A stretch of 20,000 nucleotides of DNA, taken from sequence record SRR31156797_381. One strand, written 5' to 3'. Made by a program: the position numbers and the translations under genes. Below, piece after piece: positions 16,257-20,000 of the stretch. The stretch's first letter is position 1, and each line of letters starts with the position of its first letter. The notes beneath the pieces are model-generated. The model saw nothing but the letters and a program-made list of their open reading frames with translations, made no database searches and was not told the origin of the DNA.

Positions 16257-18056
16257 TCATTCGTTAGTTTTAAACATCAATGTTACAGGAATATCATTAT
16301 TTTCAATGTTAAAAAAGCTCATGAGTATCATTTCATCAGAATCTATACCGTGGTATATTGCACCCGTAATCATATCCATCTCATAGCTTAATTTCTTAGT
16401 ATCTACATTATAATAGTATAGTGCAACAGGAAATTCATCTTCCCAGTCAATAACATTGTCCTGAGTAAAATATACTCCGGAACTATCCGAATTAAATGCA
16501 TACGCAACCACCATCTTATTATCAACGATTTTTGTCAGTTCTTTACTGTCTAAATCATATAAAAACAAAGAATTCATGCTGGCGTCGTCAGTAGGCATAT
16601 CATTTACTATCATCATTTTACCGTCATCAGATATCTTAAAGGAGTTGCCCTCTACAATGAATTCCTCCTCGCCACTTTCAATATTCAGTGCATAAATACC
16701 AACAAAAGCCCCATCATTATTTAGATAATAGATTTTTCCGTTCCGTACATAAAGCATTGATGCCATATGTACTGTATCATTAATGGATTTTGCTTCTATC
16801 TTTTTATATTTTATCTCGTAACAAATCAGATGTTTTATCTCACCCTCCCCAACAATTGCATACAAACAGTATCCATCCTCAGACCATGCAATACTTGAAA
16901 TATCACTACCGTAATCCAAATCCTGCACTTCTTTGACATCACCAGAAATACTGTCAATGATGTATAGCATACGATTTTCATTTTTTTGATCTATTAGGGC
17001 AATGTACCTGCTGTCATAGGAATAATCAGCAAAAGTAATTGATTCAAATTGCATATCAGTTATTTGTCTTTTTTCACTCTCAGAGCAAAACCACAATTGT
17101 TCATATGTTCTTATGCCGCTATCATCTTCCTCGACATAGTATTTAGCAAAAAGGTTTGCTGAAAAGTTACTATTCATTGATAAAAATCTGCCCTTACACA
17201 GAAGCTTATCAGCATAATGCATAGTCCCTTTCTCACCTATAGGTTCATCTATGATATCATCGATTTTGTAATCATAGCTGTATTTGGGAAGTGAATTGTA
17301 ATTAATATTGATGATATCAATTTCTTCAGTAAATAAACTCTCACCAATATTATTATCTAAATACTCCTGAGCATCTTCTGCGCTATCAAATGGTCCATTA
17401 AGCATTAAACTGTTTGTCAAATCATCGCATATACATGGATAAAAGTCCACCAGATTAAATTCACCAAGGGTGTATTCATAGAATTTATTTGCTGCTAAGT
17501 AGTATCCATCGGTTTGAATTGATGCTTTAGGTGAAAACTGTATAATCAATTTGTTCTTATTTTCTAAAACATTGTAGGTGTAATCATTTAAAGTGGAAAT
17601 ATATAAATAAACAGCTCCATCTACAGAAGTCTCCTGAAGCAAGATACCGGATATTACTTCACTTACTATACTTGAGTTCTGACTATCTGTATAAGAGACA
17701 GAATCTAATCCATCTATTTTTATAACCATTCTGTCTGCGCCGTCGATTCTAGATATAGAATACTGTGGTATTCCTTTCCTGCGTATAGATGTGGAAAACT
17801 CGCTTCCGTCATTATCCTCAAATGTTATTTGCAGTTCTTCAAGATTATCATCATTAACTAAGACAGTTACTGATTGTAAACCAAGATTATCTATGTCCCT
17901 GCCGCCTTCTACTACACTTTGCTCATCATAAGCAAACATAAACTCGCCCACATCAAGATTAACCTTTGTGTTTGTTTTGCAGGAAACAAAAGTCATAACA
18001 AGAATAATAGCACTAAGTGCTACTATAATAATTTTATTTAAATGCTTGTAGTTCAT
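16257..18056 (-). CDS. Hypothetical acidic lipoprotein with a probable C-terminal TolB/WD40-like beta-propeller
   Basis: Signal peptide with lipobox-like FVSC; repeated blade-like motifs YSYDSRYIA, WSEDGYCLY, ISDDGKMMI and FNSDSSGVYF. Confidence 0.7.
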   Translation of the reverse strand: MNYKHLNKIIIVALSAIILVMTFVSCKTNTKVNLDVGEFMFAYDEQSVVEGGRDIDNLGLQSVTVLVNDDNLEELQITFEDNDGSEFSTSIRRKGIPQYSISRIDGADRMVIKIDGLDSVSYTDSQNSSIVSEVISGILLQETSVDGAVYLYISTLNDYTYNVLENKNKLIIQFSPKASIQTDGYYLAANKFYEYTLGEFNLVDFYPCICDDLTNSLMLNGPFDSAEDAQEYLDNNIGESLFTEEIDIININYNSLPKYSYDYKIDDIIDEPIGEKGTMHYADKLLCKGRFLSMNSNFSANLFAKYYVEEDDSGIRTYEQLWFCSESEKRQITDMQFESITFADYSYDSRYIALIDQKNENRMLYIIDSISGDVKEVQDLDYGSDISSIAWSEDGYCLYAIVGEGEIKHLICYEIKYKKIEAKSINDTVHMASMLYVRNGKIYYLNNDGAFVGIYALNIESGEEEFIVEGNSFKISDDGKMMIVNDMPTDDASMNSLFLYDLDSKELTKIVDNKMVVAYAFNSDSSGVYFTQDNVIDWEDEFPVALYYYNVDTKKLSYEMDMITGAIYHGIDSDEMILMSFFNIENNDIPVTLMFKTNE

Positions 18057-18087
18057 CGCTTCTTAATCCTCATAATTGAACACATCA

Positions 18088-19368
18088 TTACGTCAGTGCT
18101 GCAAAAGATTGTTCAAACTTATCTACTATATCCTCTAGTTTTATATTTAACAGATTCCCTCTCTCCATCAGCACTTTACCGTCAATCATAGTCATTTCTA
18201 TCTCATTTCTAGACGCTGAGTAAACGATATTATTGCATGTGCCTGCCTTTGGTATCATAAAGGGCGATTTGTTATTTATCATTATAATATCTGCTCTTTT
18301 TCCTGTCTCCAAAGAGCCAATCAAATGCTCCATACCAAAAGCTTTTGCTCCATTTATTGTTGCCATTTTAATGGTTGATTCTGCATTCATACTCGCTGGA
18401 TTATTGGCAGCGCATTTAACCGCCAGTGAACCAACATGCATTTCCTCCAGCATATCAAGATTATTATTGCTGGCTGCACCATCAGTACCTAAAGCTACAT
18501 TTATTCCTGCATCAATGATTTTATTAATTGGAGCAAATCCGCTTGCAAGTTTCATATTGCTGGACGGACAATAGACAATAGATACATTGTACTTTTTGAA
18601 TATTTCAATATCTTCATCACTAAGTGCAACGCAGTGAACTGCAATAACTCCTACATCAAACAGTCCTAGACTCTCTAAATACTTAACAGGTGTCATGCCC
18701 GTACGCTTAATACAATCATCCACTTCCTTATATGTTTCTGCTATGTGAATATGTATCTTTTTGCTACTTTCTTTGGCTATCGCAATTACTTTCTTAATAG
18801 TTTCTTCAGTATTGGTATATTCAGTGTGAATACCTGCCATAGTTTTGATTTTATTATCTCCAAGTTCAAATACATATTTATTAAGCGATGTGTATTTATC
18901 TTCTGAATCTGAAGCTACAATGCCGTTTGATAATACTGCTCTAATGCCCATTTCTAAGGCGATATCTGCTATTGTTTCCTCGTAAAAATACATATCAGAA
19001 AAGCACGTAGTACCGCTTAACAGCATTTCCATTATACCGATTTGCGCACCTAACCTTACATCTTCTGCTGTCATCTTCGCTTCGGCTGGTAAAATCTTCT
19101 CATTAAGCCATCTATCAAGAGGCAAATCCGTACCATATCCTCTCAGTAAAGTCATTGGAACATGAGTGTGAGTATTCACAAGTCCCGGCATGATAATCTT
19201 GTTGTGTGCATGTATAACGCTGTCAGCGTCAAATTCTTTCTCAAAATCCAGACTATATTCACCAACATAGGCTATTTCATTGTTTTTAACCCCCAGCATT
19301 CCATTAGTTATTATATCAAAATTTTCATTTACAGTTACTATTTCCGCTCCCTTAAAAAGCCTTTTCAA
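18088..19368 (-). CDS. mtaD: Amidohydrolase, 5'-methylthioadenosine/S-adenosylhomocysteine deaminase (MtaD)-like
   Basis: PGLVNTHTH.PM.LLRG, DMYF, HIHIAET..E, HCV, SNMKLASG and LGTDGAASNNNLDM; TTG start with SD GGAGG. Confidence 0.8.
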   Translation of the reverse strand: MKRLFKGAEIVTVNENFDIITNGMLGVKNNEIAYVGEYSLDFEKEFDADSVIHAHNKIIMPGLVNTHTHVPMTLLRGYGTDLPLDRWLNEKILPAEAKMTAEDVRLGAQIGIMEMLLSGTTCFSDMYFYEETIADIALEMGIRAVLSNGIVASDSEDKYTSLNKYVFELGDNKIKTMAGIHTEYTNTEETIKKVIAIAKESSKKIHIHIAETYKEVDDCIKRTGMTPVKYLESLGLFDVGVIAVHCVALSDEDIEIFKKYNVSIVYCPSSNMKLASGFAPINKIIDAGINVALGTDGAASNNNLDMLEEMHVGSLAVKCAANNPASMNAESTIKMATINGAKAFGMEHLIGSLETGKRADIIMINNKSPFMIPKAGTCNNIVYSASRNEIEMTMIDGKVLMERGNLLNIKLEDIVDKFEQSFAALT

Positions 19369-19409
19369 TATTTGACCTCCAAACTTTTCAGGTGATTTTC
19401 CTGATCCTT

Positions 19410-19428
19410 TGTAAATGTATCATTTACA
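19410..19428. promoter_or_regulatory. Candidate operator palindrome TGTAAATG-tat-CATTTACA upstream of mtaD
   Basis: Perfect 8-bp inverted repeat about 42 nt before the start codon, overlapping a possible extended -10 (TGaTACATT, minus strand). Confidence 0.5.
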
Positions 19429-19853
19429 TTCTTTAATAAACTCAACTTGATGCGAACTATATCCTCACCAATCCCTTCTAGAATAGAATATACTCTGTTG
19501 TGCAGCACACTATTCTCTGCTTATTCCTATTACTATTTAAATTCTACTCATTATCTAATCTATGCATTTGCCGTATACATTGTAGAGTGACGCAGCTAAT
19601 CCCCATTAACTTCTAAATATTTAAGCATCAAAATGTATATGTATTCAAATACGGTAGTTCATTATAAACTATTTATATTACAAAACTTTTAAACAAATAT
19701 AGTTTTAATAATCAGATACTTAATATATTCTTTATATATCCGTTACTAATATATGCCAATTTAATTATGTGTGTGGATGTTGATTAATCTGAAATAGGGG
19801 TTTATTGTTGGTATTTGTGTGTTTCTTTATTAGTTTTTCTACGGTTGTTGCTA

Positions 19854-19952
19854 CTACTCTATATTATATATTTTGGATAGGTGATATAAGTATTCCTCTC
19901 TGCCAAATTGCAGAGGTACAAATCCTTTGAACCATGCTATTTTTCTTTCCAT
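19854..19952 (-). CDS. Putative small protein, 32 aa: MERKIAWFKGFVPLQFGREEYLYHLSKIYNIE
   Basis: SD AGGAGGT shortly before ATG 19952; ends in tandem TAG TAG. No homology recognised. Confidence 0.45.
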   Translation of the reverse strand: MERKIAWFKGFVPLQFGREEYLYHLSKIYNIE

Positions 19953-20000
19953 GTCCTACCTCCTAGTCTGCAAACTAGGTTAGCACTAAAAAGCAATTGG

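Noticed and set aside
904-19395. Short ORFs nested in or opposite long genes (for example 904-1104, 2172-2381, 4067-4354, 11255-11581, 13435-13824, 18233-18574)
   Set aside because: They lie almost wholly within well-supported genes and have no recognisable motifs, so they are treated as shadow ORFs.
19430-19850. Purine or SAM riboswitch upstream of mtaD
   Set aside because: Only a short fragment (TATAAT..CTACCG) resembles a purine aptamer, with the wrong spacing and no supporting stems. No SAM-I core is visible.
1-20000. CRISPR arrays, transposases/integrases, tRNA or rRNA genes
   Set aside because: No regularly spaced repeats, recombinase motifs, or tRNA/rRNA signatures were seen.

Overview
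AT-rich bacterial chromosome segment that looks like a clostridial Firmicute (inferred from gene content, sigma-A promoters and AGGAGG Shine-Dalgarno sites). Almost all genes are on the minus strand. In minus-strand order they are: mtaD-like amidohydrolase, a beta-propeller lipoprotein, an XRE-cupin regulator with potABCD, an aromatic-acid-exporter family gene, mntP (plus strand), a yabE-like G5/3D protein, rsmA, a HIT protein, a heterodimeric ABC exporter pair, ttcA, a frameshifted RimJ-type GNAT, a second GNAT and partial ruvC. No mobile element or CRISPR array was seen. The most notable signals are non-coding. First, a complete raiA-motif-like structured ncRNA (about 1564-1770, +) has its own sigma-A promoter and sits antisense between two GNAT genes, with no raiA gene nearby. 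Second, a promoter, an unannotated 23-aa leader peptide and an intrinsic terminator precede the ABC-ABC-ttcA-GNAT operon, which suggests ribosome-controlled attenuation. Third, a triple WalR-type TGTAA repeat overlaps a perfect promoter of the yabE-like gene. Other candidates are a leaderless ruvC, two operator palindromes and a 32-aa small ORF whose SD is partly hidden in a hairpin. All family calls come from recognising motifs by eye; no searches were run.
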